DNA of 64,000 nucleotides from Mayamaea pseudoterrestris (taxonomy: Eukaryota), in the NCBI GenBank assembly GCA_027923505.1, contig BROI01000007.1, positions 62,001 to 126,000 on the forward strand, given 5' to 3'. The notes below the pieces were generated by a model. The model was not told the origin of the DNA. It saw only the letters and a list, made by a program, of their open reading frames with translations, and did no database searches. The stretch's first letter is position 1. The number at the start of each line of letters is the position of its first letter. Positions 21,978 to 33,805 of this stretch are shown one piece after another. A program made the translations under genes and the position numbers.

Positions 21978-23213
21978 TTATAGTAAGGTTACGTCGCCCG
22001 CGCCAAAATAGTGAACACCCCCTCGTTCAGAAGTGTCCAGCAAAATAGATCGCAGTAATGTGTCCTCGGCCTCCAATTTCTTCATGCGTTGAAACTCTGT
22101 GTCAGCTCGGCGCTCAACAGATCCAAAGGCTGGGCTGAAACCACGAAGCACGTTACCGCACGAAGAGTAGCCATTGTCCATCAGCCACCGATCATGGTTC
22201 ATCATCCAGCCGTTACTCCCATCACTTGTCTTTTGCAACTGCCGCTTGTATCGCTTGGTTATTACGTCCATTCGACCAAAATCACGGCATGCTTTAAACA
22301 GCACCCCTTTTCGAAGCAAAATTTCATCTACAGATACAAAACCAACCAACACGGTTCGCTCTCCCTTCGTCACAACGTCAGCTCCATGCAAGAGTTTACC
22401 AGAATGAATTGTCGCATCGCCGGGTCGCTCGACTCGTATAACTCCTTTCTGTAGCCTTCGAGAAGCAATTTTTTCATCGCGCAAGGCATCGAAAAATGTA
22501 CCGCCTCCTTCAAAATCTCTTGACGGATTCAAGAGAACGACAAAACTGAGAAGCGATCCATCGCGGTGTAACTCCAGTCGATCCATACCTATTGATGACT
22601 CGTCATTCTCCTTGGCCTGGTAATGGGCGCAAAACAAGTCGAGAAAGGACAACCCTTCGAAAGGGACTTGATAGAGGTGACTCAGCAGGTGGAACATTCG
22701 TTGCGAAAACCCAATCTTCTCCAAATATTGCGTCAAAGAGTCACATTCGTCCACGGCGAAATCGCAAGTTGCGTAGGAAGCGTGACGGTCAAAATTTCGT
22801 CTCGCCCAGCATCCAGTGCGCGAGGCATGCTTCACAGAGAGTTCTAGGCAGGTGGACGCTTCGGCTGAGGTCAAAACTGATTGGATGTGTATGTTATGTA
22901 GGAGTGAAGGGTATGCATAATCTCCATCAAGGTTTGGTTTAGAGTGCTCGATGTAATGCGGTGGGACGACAATAGTTTCATTAGTATCAGGGACTATTGC
23001 AACGGAGGGTGATGGCGCACCGTCCTCTGACGCGATGGCTCGCTCAGTTTTTCCTTTCGACATGTTCACAGTGAATGGTCTACGCTTCGCTCGTCTCCGG
23101 TGGTTTGTCGTCCAATTGTTCTGTGCTAGTCCTACAGTGAGGCTAGTGCAGACATTGTACATGAGACTGAGACGTAAGCAGGTACGCGAGATGGTCATCA
23201 TAATATGCATCAT
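21978..23213 (-). CDS. 2-oxoglutarate/Fe(II) oxygenase (prolyl/lysyl hydroxylase-like)
   Basis: Motifs LELHRDGS (HxD), FEGGGTFF and HSGKLLHGADVVTKGERTVLVGF (distal H and R). Confidence 0.85.
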   Translation of the reverse strand: MMHIMMTISRTCLRLSLMYNVCTSLTVGLAQNNWTTNHRRRAKRRPFTVNMSKGKTERAIASEDGAPSPSVAIVPDTNETIVVPPHYIEHSKPNLDGDYAYPSLLHNIHIQSVLTSAEASTCLELSVKHASRTGCWARRNFDRHASYATCDFAVDECDSLTQYLEKIGFSQRMFHLLSHLYQVPFEGLSFLDLFCAHYQAKENDESSIGMDRLELHRDGSLLSFVVLLNPSRDFEGGGTFFDALRDEKIASRRLQKGVIRVERPGDATIHSGKLLHGADVVTKGERTVLVGFVSVDEILLRKGVLFKACRDFGRMDVITKRYKRQLQKTSDGSNGWMMNHDRWLMDNGYSSCGNVLRGFSPAFGSVERRADTEFQRMKKLEAEDTLLRSILLDTSERGGVHYFGAGDVTLL

Positions 23214-23508
23214 TGTCGCCGTCGATCGACCACAAGATTATTGGTGACGCGGAATGTCGCAGCGCTACAGCCGCAATCTTTCTACGACCTCGCTACATAC
23301 AAGCTGGATTGCGCTGCATCTTTAGCATGCGCAATCGATTTCACGTAAATGCTAAATTAACAGGAATGAGAAAAGGGATCAATCATTTCGGCCGAGTTGA
23401 CCCAATAAGCGCAAACTCCAACGCCCAACGCAGTACCGGTGGACGTGTGACGTGTTTGCCAGCAGATCTCTACAGATTACACATGATAACATCGACTATT
23501 TAATATGT

Positions 23509-23871
23509 TCATGATCCCAACAATAGCTCAAAGAAAATAGTGATAATGTTGCAAACAATTACTGGCACCTTGAGGTATTGGACGGCGTGCAGCAGCCCGC
23601 CGGCCTGTGCAAGGACTGGATGTCGAGCTGCATGAGCACTGTTCAAATTGTCAAGTCCATACTTCGCCAAGAATCTCGGTCGATTTAATACCAGTAACGC
23701 ATTTGTTAGAAGGAGACCTGTCTGAAGTGAATTTACACATGGAGTTTGTGAGAAACATTTGTTAGATTCTGCTCGACCTGTCGACCTGTCAGAGAGCGAA
23801 ACGGATCGTCGCCGTGACAATTATGTTGTGCTTTGCTCTACCTTAAACATGTTCCAAAGCGAGAAACCCAT
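23509..23871 (-). CDS. YOS1: Yos1/IER3IP1-like ER-Golgi transport protein, 2 exons
   Basis: Exon 1 MGFSLWNMFK (23871-23842), GT-AG intron 23841-23722, exon 2 TGLLLTNALLVLNRPRFLAKYG...LKVPVIVCNIITIFFELLLGS. Confidence 0.85.
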
Positions 23872-24311
23872 TTTGACATTCGCTACGGCACCGCAGTTGT
23901 TTACAAGTCGGTGTATACAATGGTATGTAAAGAATGAAGTCAACGAGGCGAAAGGGCGTTTCGTCGTCGCGCGGTCGTGCATACTTCATATGTCAAAACG
24001 TCGCTTAGTCGTACCGTTAATGAGGAAGCGCATCGCGCCAAAGATCATGATGGCGGCGCATCGCTCACACGTCAACACTCACACTCCATCCATCCAGTAA
24101 TAAATGCCCGTCCAACAGAGACGACCGGATGCATTGCACCAGATAGTAATTGCGTCAGGGTACGATGGGGGTTCGTCCAAAGAGAAGTTTAGGAATGGGC
24201 GACGATGTCAACAGGTGAGCATCAAGCAAGCTTCAACGAGACGAGGACAGCTTTACTCACATCATAGTCGCCAATTCTTTTTGTGCATAAAAGACTGCGT
24301 GGACAATTTGT

Positions 24312-25756
24312 GTGTTGAGTCTTGCTCTCATATGCATCCATATTGCAATGATTCCGAACGCAAAAACGTTAGCTACGTCTGCAACTTCAACAGTTGCGCT
24401 GCCGCTTAATGTTGACGGCCACAATCACATTATTTTCACACAGAGACTTTCGTCGCATGCCGCGATACAAGTCCATCTGTCAAGAGCTGACACGAAGACC
24501 AAGAAAGTTTTACTCGGTCCTCACTTTATGGTGGTGACAGTCGCTCCCTCGTGCACCTATCCTCGGTTTTCTGTTCGAGTGATGGGGGATGCTTTATCAC
24601 ATGTGTTATTGAAGCAATCTCCCGACAAGAAAGAATGGCAAGGTCTATTTGAATTGCCTATTAGCGGATCATATTTGTTGGATGCTCGCTGGTATGGGTG
24701 CGCGGTGCGACCAGCGACTGTCTCTTTCGCATCCTTGGTCGAGCCAATTTACTTTCAATCCGAAGATTCATTACATGCCATTGATTCGACGACAAGAGAG
24801 CAGAGTGACTACGCCAGACAACTGTTTGCCAATGGCACGGCATGGCTGAGCAGTCGAAGTATACAAAGAGGAGATTCAAAGTTACCGCCATATATCTGGA
24901 TGAAGGTCAGAGACGTCATGCCCGGGCCCAGTACGTTTGTCAGGACGTCGACTAGTCTAGTTCACCAGGGAAGCGCTCTCGGACCTGGTGGGTATTATCG
25001 CTTCGGTGAGGTGGGAAATTATGAGCTCGTATGGTGAGTGTAGCGTCAGGGCATAATTTGAGCCGGCAAATCCAACGTCCAGTCTTATACTTTATCACCA
25101 GCTTCATGGGCGGGCAAACAATGCAAAAGATATGGCGCGCCTTTTTGGACATGAGAGGACAGTTGTTTGCATACCAGAGACCATTCAAGTTCCATTACTA
25201 TGACATTCATTCGTTTACGAGTCCAGATGCACATTGGGATGACGATACGAGACGGCGACTGCGAAAATGTAAGCACATCCTTCTTTCGCTCGATGACTTT
25301 AATCAGATGCTATCTCGGCAAGAGTATGCAAAGCAAGTTACCCGCTTCGTCAATGTGCATCTACAGAACGTCATGCCAGACAAATCTTTTCCCATATGGG
25401 TGTTTAGCGTCAACGAGCCACCGATGATTGCGACCAATTGTTTTCACCCAACGCTACCACGGACGACTGACCATCCATGTAATGATGTGCTAAAAGAATT
25501 GTTCCGTCCCGAAGCTGATACTTTTCATGAAAGAATACATTTTCTTGATAATACAGACTTGTCGCTCCCACAATTTGAAACAAATCAAGAAGACGTCTTC
25601 GCCAACATAGCTCTTCGTGTCTTTGTCGTTGTTGGCAAAGGAGTGTCAGTTTGGCGACATATGGGTCAGAGCGGCAAGGAGAACGGACTCCACAGGAATG
25701 GATCCGTGGAGCCTAACTTCGAGCTGGTACCATATGACGGATGGAGAAATGTTTGA
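24312..25756 (+). CDS. Uncharacterised, probably secreted protein; at least 2 exons, 5' end uncertain
   Basis: Two 241-aa ORFs joined by a likely intron starting GTGAGT near 25034; hydrophobic N-terminus. Confidence 0.6.
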
Positions 25757-26112
25757 CAGTGAATGCAACGTGGGGTGCGATCTGCATGCAGTTGCAGGCC
25801 AAACCGCTACGCCTATTGTTCTACTTCCTGAAGGGAATTTATCTGGTAAGTGCTTTTGAACAGCAGAATCGATAGTTTAATAGTATGCGCAAATGAATTT
25901 CCGTTGATGCCATTCAATATAGTAGAGTACAAATTTAGTAGGTACCCAAGCTGAACACAGGAGAGATTGAACGAACGTCGTACCGGTATCAACATGCTTG
26001 GGCTGAAGGCAACTATACTTCTCATCCTGCTCCATCTTCCTCGCCTTCGCACACTTTTGTACACTTGCTTTCGCGATTAAGAACGAGCACAGTTGTGGCC
26101 AAGACTTACATC

Positions 26113-27963
26113 ATGTATCATGAATGTCGATGCTTCGTGCTTTTGATTGCGGGAGTAGCAATCGCAAATGCCTTCCAAGGGTCTTGCGACAGAACATCCA
26201 CCAGAGTCCGAAAGACGTCAGACATGAACAACTTCGCATGCATTATGCAGTGGGCCTCATTGCATGCTACTGTAAAACGTGAAGAAGATTATGGTTCAAA
26301 TGATGCAGTACTGACAGAAGTAGACGGGCAGTCGACAGGTTTGCCGCCGCGTGAGCAGCTGCTGTCTTATGGCCTGGATCGCACATCGACGGCACTACCA
26401 ACGCTACACGAGCGTTCCACAACACCCGGTGGAGACGAGCTCTTGTTCCGAACAACGGCCTTTGACTTGCTTCTTGCTGGCCTTGTCGGCTCGCTGACAG
26501 GACTCTTTGTCGCCGCCTTTAAACTATCCATTGAACAAGTTCGCGTCATCTCGTATTCTCAACCATTTCTAGCACACTCGCCATGGCTGATGGCTTTTAT
26601 TCCTGCACTTGGCGGCGCAGCAGTGGGAGCACTAATGTTGTTCGGAAATTTTTCTCCTGGGCTGAGAGGAACAGTTAAAGAAGTCGACAACGAAACAACA
26701 TCACCAGTCCGCAACATGGCGACGCTCTTTGCTCGGCAACTTAAATTTTTTCGAAAATCGGCCGCTTCTGTTTTCACTCTTGGTACTGGTAATAGTCTTG
26801 GACCAGAAGGACCTTCTGTGGAAATTGGTCTAGCGGTAGCCAGGGCATGTGCTAGTTATAAACCAAAGCGAATCACCCAGCGGACCAGTTGGAACAGATT
26901 GTTGCTTTCATGCGGGGCGGCCGCTGGCGTTGCAGCTGGTTTTAATGCCCCAATTGCTGGAGTCTTTTTCGCTTTGGAAATAATGCAGAACACATTTGCA
27001 AGCATTCGCGAAGAGACAGGAGATAATTCCATTGGAGAAAACTTGCTTGCCACAACCACTACCATCACTCCCATTTTATTGGCGAGCGTACTATCGGCGT
27101 TGATGGCCAATGCCCTGTTGGGCAAGCACCTCGTCCTGTCGCTCTCGCCCTATTCGCTAAAAACGCCGCTCATCGAGCTTCCTCTTTACCTGCTTCTTGG
27201 TATGGTGAGTGGAGGTGTTGCCTGGTCGTTCGGATTCTTTGCTAACATAAGCCGAGACATATTTGCTGGCGTGTTGGGACCAACCTTCCTTAAGTCTCTA
27301 ATGCAATCAACACCTGATTGCCTGAAACCGATGATAGGTGGCCTCATGTGTGGCATCGTCGCACAGTTGTATCCTCAGATAATGTTCTTCGGATACGAGA
27401 CCTTGAATAGCTTATTGAACAACAATGCGCTCCCGACGACATTAGCAATTTCTCTTTTAGTTGTTAAATTTTGCATGACGGCAGTATCAACTGGGTCTGG
27501 ACTTGTCGGTGGAACATTCGCACCCTCGTTATTCCTTGGCGCCATGACAGGAGCCACGTTTCATAACATTATGACCCAACTCGTGCGTTTGGCATCCAGT
27601 CCAGCCATTGGTAATGTTAGCGGAATCTTGGCAGCTGGTGGTATCGCGCTTGAACTGGCCGACATTCCAGCCTACGCCATGGTCGGGGCGGCAAGTGTGC
27701 TTGCGTCATTGTTTCGTGCGCCTCTGACAGCGAGTTTGCTATTGTTCGAGCTTACACGGGATTACGAGGTCATCATTCCACTTATGGCTAGCGCCGGTGT
27801 CGCAAGTGTAGTCGGTGATTTGCTTGATGAGAAGTCGAGAAGGTCTAGACAAAACGCAGCTATTCTACAACAAGATGTCCGATCAGATTGTGGGCAAGCC
27901 TGGGGCGACCTTGGATCAGACGCGTGTGAAGTCGATGGCGACGTTGTTAACTTTAAAAGCTAA
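26113..27963 (+). CDS. CLC: CLC chloride channel/transporter (CLC-e/f-like), probably plastid-targeted
   Basis: Motifs GNSLGPEGPSVEIG, GAAAGVAAGFNAP, GGTFAPSLFLG and RAPLTASLLLFELT; signal ends ANA-FQ. Confidence 0.92.
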   Translation: MYHECRCFVLLIAGVAIANAFQGSCDRTSTRVRKTSDMNNFACIMQWASLHATVKREEDYGSNDAVLTEVDGQSTGLPPREQLLSYGLDRTSTALPTLHERSTTPGGDELLFRTTAFDLLLAGLVGSLTGLFVAAFKLSIEQVRVISYSQPFLAHSPWLMAFIPALGGAAVGALMLFGNFSPGLRGTVKEVDNETTSPVRNMATLFARQLKFFRKSAASVFTLGTGNSLGPEGPSVEIGLAVARACASYKPKRITQRTSWNRLLLSCGAAAGVAAGFNAPIAGVFFALEIMQNTFASIREETGDNSIGENLLATTTTITPILLASVLSALMANALLGKHLVLSLSPYSLKTPLIELPLYLLLGMVSGGVAWSFGFFANISRDIFAGVLGPTFLKSLMQSTPDCLKPMIGGLMCGIVAQLYPQIMFFGYETLNSLLNNNALPTTLAISLLVVKFCMTAVSTGSGLVGGTFAPSLFLGAMTGATFHNIMTQLVRLASSPAIGNVSGILAAGGIALELADIPAYAMVGAASVLASLFRAPLTASLLLFELTRDYEVIIPLMASAGVASVVGDLLDEKSRRSRQNAAILQQDVRSDCGQAWGDLGSDACEVDGDVVNFKS

Positions 27964-28589
27964 TTTTTCGAAGTCTTCTCTTGTAACTTACTCCAGTGAG
28001 TCTTATCTGTGTGCTACTTTTTAGGTCGGTATATTTGTCTTTGAAGGTACACGTTGCCGCACAGGCTTCACATATTATCGTCGGCAATATAAAGGCGCAC
28101 CCCGCGAGGACGGTGTTGTCATGCCGCTAACTGTAAGTAGCTGCACGAAGCCATCGCTTTTTATAATATGGAGATAACCAGTTGACACTTAAAAGACTGA
28201 TCATCTTGTTCGCAACCGGTGCGAAGTCATTATTTCACTGCTAGACACTACAACATAGCAGCTATAGCACAGCATTTTAAAACAGGAAGTTGTGACGTTG
28301 TTGTCACTGATTTACTATTTAATAGCACGATGAGGAAAGCATGATTGCAAGTCATAATATTATAATGCTTGGCCCTCGCCATTGCCACATAGCAGGGGTT
28401 GCTCTGCGACACTCGATCTTCGGTTAAGATACCTTTTGCCTCGCGACGGCCGATGCGGCCATGGCCGCTATTTTCACAGGACCGCACAACTTTCCAACTG
28501 TGCTGCTTGCCCTGTCTGTCGCGGACATTCCTCGCTGCTCTTTGTCTATATATCTACTCACCATAAAGTAGTCTTAAACATCTCGGACA

Positions 28590-29822
28590 ATGTCTACTCC
28601 TGCGCCGACGACTAATGTGAGCGCTCCTATTCGCATCGAGCCAGCTCGCTCCAACCTCACCGACCAGCAGCCTCCGCCGCAGCTTTTCGACCCAATGATG
28701 CTTTCCGATGACTTTTATGACAGCCTCTTCAACGACTTAAAGAACGGGAAATTGGTCGATTCGATCACGATTGGCAGCTTTCGCTTTACAAGTCTGTCAG
28801 TTGATAAATACAATAACATCGATGTATGCATGGGCCGCTGCGAGTCTCAAGGCGAAGTGAAAATGTTTATGAAACCAGCGAACACTCACGTCTTGATCTT
28901 CAAAACGTTCCATCGTTTTCTCAAATTTTTTGCCAAACACTCGGACGTTTCAGTCAAGCTGGATGCAAACGGCGAAATTGAAGCGGAAAAGCTTCAAGGG
29001 GAAGAATATATGTTTCGTCTCTTTTGTGAATTTTTCAAAGAGCACTTCCATCTCCGTTCTTGCAAGCCACTCAATGATCTCTGGGCGGAAATTATGATTC
29101 GAAACGAAACCAAGATAGAAGTGGCCTACGATAAACGCCAGGGGCGTCGCGCAACGGCGGAGCGATACGCGATTCATAAAAAGGTCAATGAGGCTGCCGA
29201 TGGCACCAAGGAAATCCAAAAGTTGCTCAAGGAAAATCGCATTGCTGACGAGAAGCGTCATGCTACCATGTCGACTGCTGTTCAAGGCACCCAGGAGGCT
29301 GTCGCGGCTGGGTTCGAAGGAGTCCAGGAGGCTGTCGAGGCCGGGTTCGAAGGAGTCAAGTCGGATGCTAATGCGCGTCATGCTACCACGTCGACTGCTG
29401 TTCAAGGCATCCAGGAGGCTGTCGCGGCCGGGTTCGACGGAGTCGAGTCGGATGCAAATGCGCGTCATGCTACCATGTCGACTGCTGTTCAAGATATCCA
29501 GGTGGAGCTCAAAAAACCCACCGACTCGGTCTGTCCGAAAGAAGGCGACGACATCAAGGAGATGTTACACAAAAAGTACTACAACATGAAGACTCTCAAA
29601 CCAATTCTGCTATTGCTCACGCCCCATGCTTCAGTCAGTAAGATGACTTGGACAACTCTCGTTGCGTATGTTTGCGAAGGTCTTCTTGGAATCGGCATCA
29701 CGGCGGTCGATTTGAAGACGATCAAGCCTGTTCAAATCGCCAATAAACCTGCTGGCTTCTATGACAAGGAGGCTTACAGCGCCAGTGTCATTGAATTGAT
29801 CAAGTCAAAGAAGGCCACGTAG
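28590..29822 (+). CDS. Orphan protein (410 aa) with an internal 11/29/40-aa amphipathic repeat
   Basis: Intronless ORF with coding-like codon usage; RHATxSTAVQ x3 and QEAVxAGFxGV x3. Confidence 0.75.
   Translation: MSTPAPTTNVSAPIRIEPARSNLTDQQPPPQLFDPMMLSDDFYDSLFNDLKNGKLVDSITIGSFRFTSLSVDKYNNIDVCMGRCESQGEVKMFMKPANTHVLIFKTFHRFLKFFAKHSDVSVKLDANGEIEAEKLQGEEYMFRLFCEFFKEHFHLRSCKPLNDLWAEIMIRNETKIEVAYDKRQGRRATAERYAIHKKVNEAADGTKEIQKLLKENRIADEKRHATMSTAVQGTQEAVAAGFEGVQEAVEAGFEGVKSDANARHATTSTAVQGIQEAVAAGFDGVESDANARHATMSTAVQDIQVELKKPTDSVCPKEGDDIKEMLHKKYYNMKTLKPILLLLTPHASVSKMTWTTLVAYVCEGLLGIGITAVDLKTIKPVQIANKPAGFYDKEAYSASVIELIKSKKAT
29255..29503 (+). repeat. Coding tandem repeat (periods 120 and 87 nt, 33-nt subunit)
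   Basis: GCGTCATGCTACCA.GTCGACTGCTGTTCAAG occurs at 29255, 29375 and 29462. Confidence 0.92.
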
Positions 29823-31229
29823 GTCTAGCTCCGCCAGCTTTTTGTTTCGGTTCGGCCGAATACAAAATATGTGTGTGCATGCTGTCGTCCAAAAGCAATC
29901 AAGAGAGGGTTCCTTGTCGGATACCTCCGCCGACTGCTTCAGCATGTTACATCGGAGATCGATGGATGTTACGGAATATTGGAGACACCAGCGAATGGAC
30001 GAAGGTGATTAGCAGAATCGATGTGGCTCGTCACGTCAACCGATAAATTATATGTACGAAAATTATACTTAAACCAAATTGTCGCAATCTCGTATTAGAA
30101 TATAACCTGTTACTTGTTCACCGTGAGTGATAGATCATGGCATGCGCCGGGCGTATTCTCCGCACTCCCGTCATGGTACGCGCGATTGCAGTATAGGATT
30201 GCGTTGTTAATCATACGAACAAGCCCAGACTAATAATAGCGTTGGCCACAGCCATGTCCTCTCTGGTCATCATGTGCCAAAAACAGAGCTAACCGACTAT
30301 GATTGTTGTGGTCGTACTGCGCCATCATTCATCGGCTGGATCCACTTGCTTGAAATCGTCTACGAAGTGAGACGAGCAACGCGTCTCGCAAGGTGCTTGA
30401 AAGTACTGTAACAAAGAAGCCTTGGAATTGTTCAGATGAATCGTTCGACCCGCAAAGCGTACGTAAACACATATCGGCGTTACAGCAATCCTGCCAGCAA
30501 GTTTCTGCTCCTGCGAATCCGAGAAAATTCCAAGCTAGCATCATTCACGGCCGAAACTTGAAAACGATCGAGCTGTGGACGACTTGCTTGCCACATATGT
30601 ATGAATTGACTAATCAATTAGCTGGCTGCTCTCCAGCTTAAGGCCACGTCAACCGCCAGCCTTGTCAAATCTTGGACGTAGTGTAATCATGCTTCACTAG
30701 CATGATCCGCTTCATCGAGAGGTCGTGCAAAATCGATTCTCAAAAGCAGACATGGACTATATTGGGCATCTCGTGGTGCTCGAACACTTTTTGACAAATC
30801 CATGTTCTTGATCGCAGTACTACCGTAGTAGTCTGAGCCACAACGTTCCAGTTCGGTTGAGGTGAATCACAAGTGCGAAAACTCAGCTCGTCGTTCACGA
30901 AAATCCTTGCAAAAATATCAGTATTGACAGGCATCGACAAGTAGAGTGTTTCTGTAGTACAATCATTGTAGTTTGTCGCTTTGTCGTCATCTTCCGACGT
31001 TTGTGGGTGAGTGCGAAGTGCGAATGGCCTCGTCAAGAAGTAACTGCAATAAAGCGCGCGCCGAGTGAAAGGTGCAATAACGTTGCGACATAGTGTCGAC
31101 GGCAACACACTTTCGTCAGCAGCACATCATAGTCATCGCGATGAGAGATTGATCGAGTCCGACTCTATTAAAGACCTATTTTCCGCTGGAAGCTATTACG
31201 ACTAAAGTCTTTCTGCGTCGCTACAGGTA

Positions 31230-33500
31230 GAATTCCGAGCAACAAGGGCGGGAAAAAGACAGTGACGACGCCAGCACTCCCAATGATTATCGCTTCACGA
31301 TGAAGGAACCGCAAGCTCTCGCTTATGTGGATGCTTACTTGCACCTACCAGACGTCGTTTTTAACAATTGCAGAACGTCTTGAGGAAAGAGAGCAGAATT
31401 CGCTGATACAAGGCTGACCTGGGGGAGTTTACGAGGAACTTCATTCATCGAGTGATGCAGAGTCGCAAGAGTCAATCAACAAGCCAGGTATGCCAAATGT
31501 TGTCAACAGTGCTACTCGCAAATGCGCGTATCTGCGTTCGTCAAGCGGCGCTAGCCATTATGGACAAGGATTGTCGCAACTTGTTTATGACTGAGATAGG
31601 TCAACCCCGCTCTCAAAGACATGCCACTCGAAGCCTTCGTAGACTTTGAGGATAATAACGGCACAGCACATCCGATTTTAAGGCAGCGGAAGCGTCAGAT
31701 GGCTCAAACGTAACCTCGACGGGATTTGGTCGAAGCCTCCTCGATAAACTACCATTGGAAGCGTGCATAACGTTTTGGGAGACCGATGAAGACGAATTCG
31801 ATCTCGTCAATGAGGCACCACTGACAGCGATCTTGGAATCTGTTGTATTGGGGCAAAAATTCAATCGACGCTAGCTACTATTACATGCGCAGACATGAAT
31901 GGTTTTGTCTTTCACCACGACGAAGCATTGTACCAGCCGTTGAGCAGTCTCGACACTACGCGTCTGCTCATGTACCGTTGCGTGGTGTCGGCAACAAGGC
32001 AGATGAAGGCCAATCCAAAATGGACCCAAAGTTTCGCGAACGAAAGCAACCACCCTTCATTTGAACAGCGTTTCCTTTCAAGTCTGCCATGAAAATGGAC
32101 CCCAAAGTTTTGCGAACCAAAGCAACCACTTTTTATTCGAACAGCGTTTTCTTTCAAGTCTGCCATGAAGCAGCCCTTTAGCAGAATCAACGTCGTTCTC
32201 GGCGAGTGCAGGTTCTGGATCACGACATGGTCTACCAGCCGGAACTTTTTCGAAACAGTTAGAATATCGGCGGATTTCAAGGTAATCAAGGGAGCCGTTG
32301 GCAACATTACACTCGAGTTCCGATACCATAAACAAGATGATTTGTCGGATGAAGCTGCCGGTGACTTTCTCATGACGCATCACCTCGTCCAACGCATGTA
32401 GATTTCGCGGAGCAGCATGCCACAGCTATTTCTTTTTTAAGAAATGGAGCAAGAACTTTTCTCCCACGCGCCATTCTTGATAACATCGGCCGCTTCGACA
32501 CGAACACGAAAATTATCGACCTTGGCGCTATCGGTACTCGCTTTCCTGCCCAGTCGCGACTTAAGTCACGTCAAGGACTTGTTTTCGAAAGGTGTCCATT
32601 ACCGGAATATCTTGGGAGGAATGTCTGTCAGGTCGACGAACTACTGGAGTCGTCGACTTCACAAGGGAAACACGTGGGCACGGAGCGACGAGTGATGCGA
32701 CATGCCGAAAGGATGCTGTTACGCAGCGCAGCGCGATGAGTTTGACTGCGGTCGTTGGAACGGCGATTGCCAAGCTTACATTTTTGGTCGGCGATAGCAA
32801 CGATTGCAGTTTGCCGGACCGAGACGAAGCAACGTTTCGAAGTCTTTGGCCTAAGATAATGACTTTTTGAACAACGAAGACTTCGAGCTTGATGCCGAGA
32901 ATGCCGGTTTGGCGATCGATTCTCTTCGCCATGACGACAGTACCTGCCAAAGTTTTAACGAAGAGACAGCTTTAGCGAAGAAGAGATTGTTGAGTCACTT
33001 TCAGCGGCAGCTGTAAATGCGGCCCGTCGAGAGATCGCCCCTGTCCCACGCCGCGTGCTTCATCTCGTTGACACATGTTCTGATGCTCCCTACGGCGGTT
33101 GGCACTGGCAAAGGCACGACAGTGCAATTGTATGACGACAGCTTTGTATGACGACAGTTATGTTAAAATGGAACGTTCGGAAGATGCCAAGGAGAATGGC
33201 ATTCACATGGGCGACGGTGTTTTCGCGGAATCTTTTTGGCCGATTGGTGTTCGCCGCGGTTCCGACACGCCCTATCTTCCTTTTGGTAGATTTTGCGCAC
33301 CATGCGTATGAGGTTGTTTTTCATCCGGAAGTGAAACCGGCTTGGTTCGTTGCGAAAAGGACGAAGAGCTTCGTGTGACCCGCCTAAATCGGCTTGGGAA
33401 GTTTGGAGACTCCACCTTTGAAGTCACCTACTTTATTGGTTACGAGTAGACCCCATACTTGCATTTGGAATGGTCAGACACGCCGTAGTCGTAATTAAAG
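31230..33500 (+). pseudogene. Decayed coding region of unknown family
   Basis: A chain of short protein-like + strand ORFs interrupted by stops, a 75/76-bp tandem duplication (32017-32167) and a 16-bp duplication (33128-33159). Confidence 0.45.
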
Positions 33501-33805
33501 AGATAAAATATAACTCTTGCAAAAAGATAGCATTAATGTATGAAAAGATCATGCACACAACATATATGACGGTGTCCTATAGGTATCATATCATATTTTC
33601 AGAATGAATAGCTAAACTGCGCAAGTAGACCCGGACGAACGATTGCTGTCGTGATGTGTGTCCTTCCGGTTTTGCTTCTGGGCCACGAAAAGTCTTGGAA
33701 ATTGCCATCCGCATCCACAGCAGCAGCACTGATCGTCCTTTTTCCGAAGGCTACAGCTCATTATCGAACAAGGCAACGTCGCTTGTGTTCTTGACGTCTG
33801 ACAGG

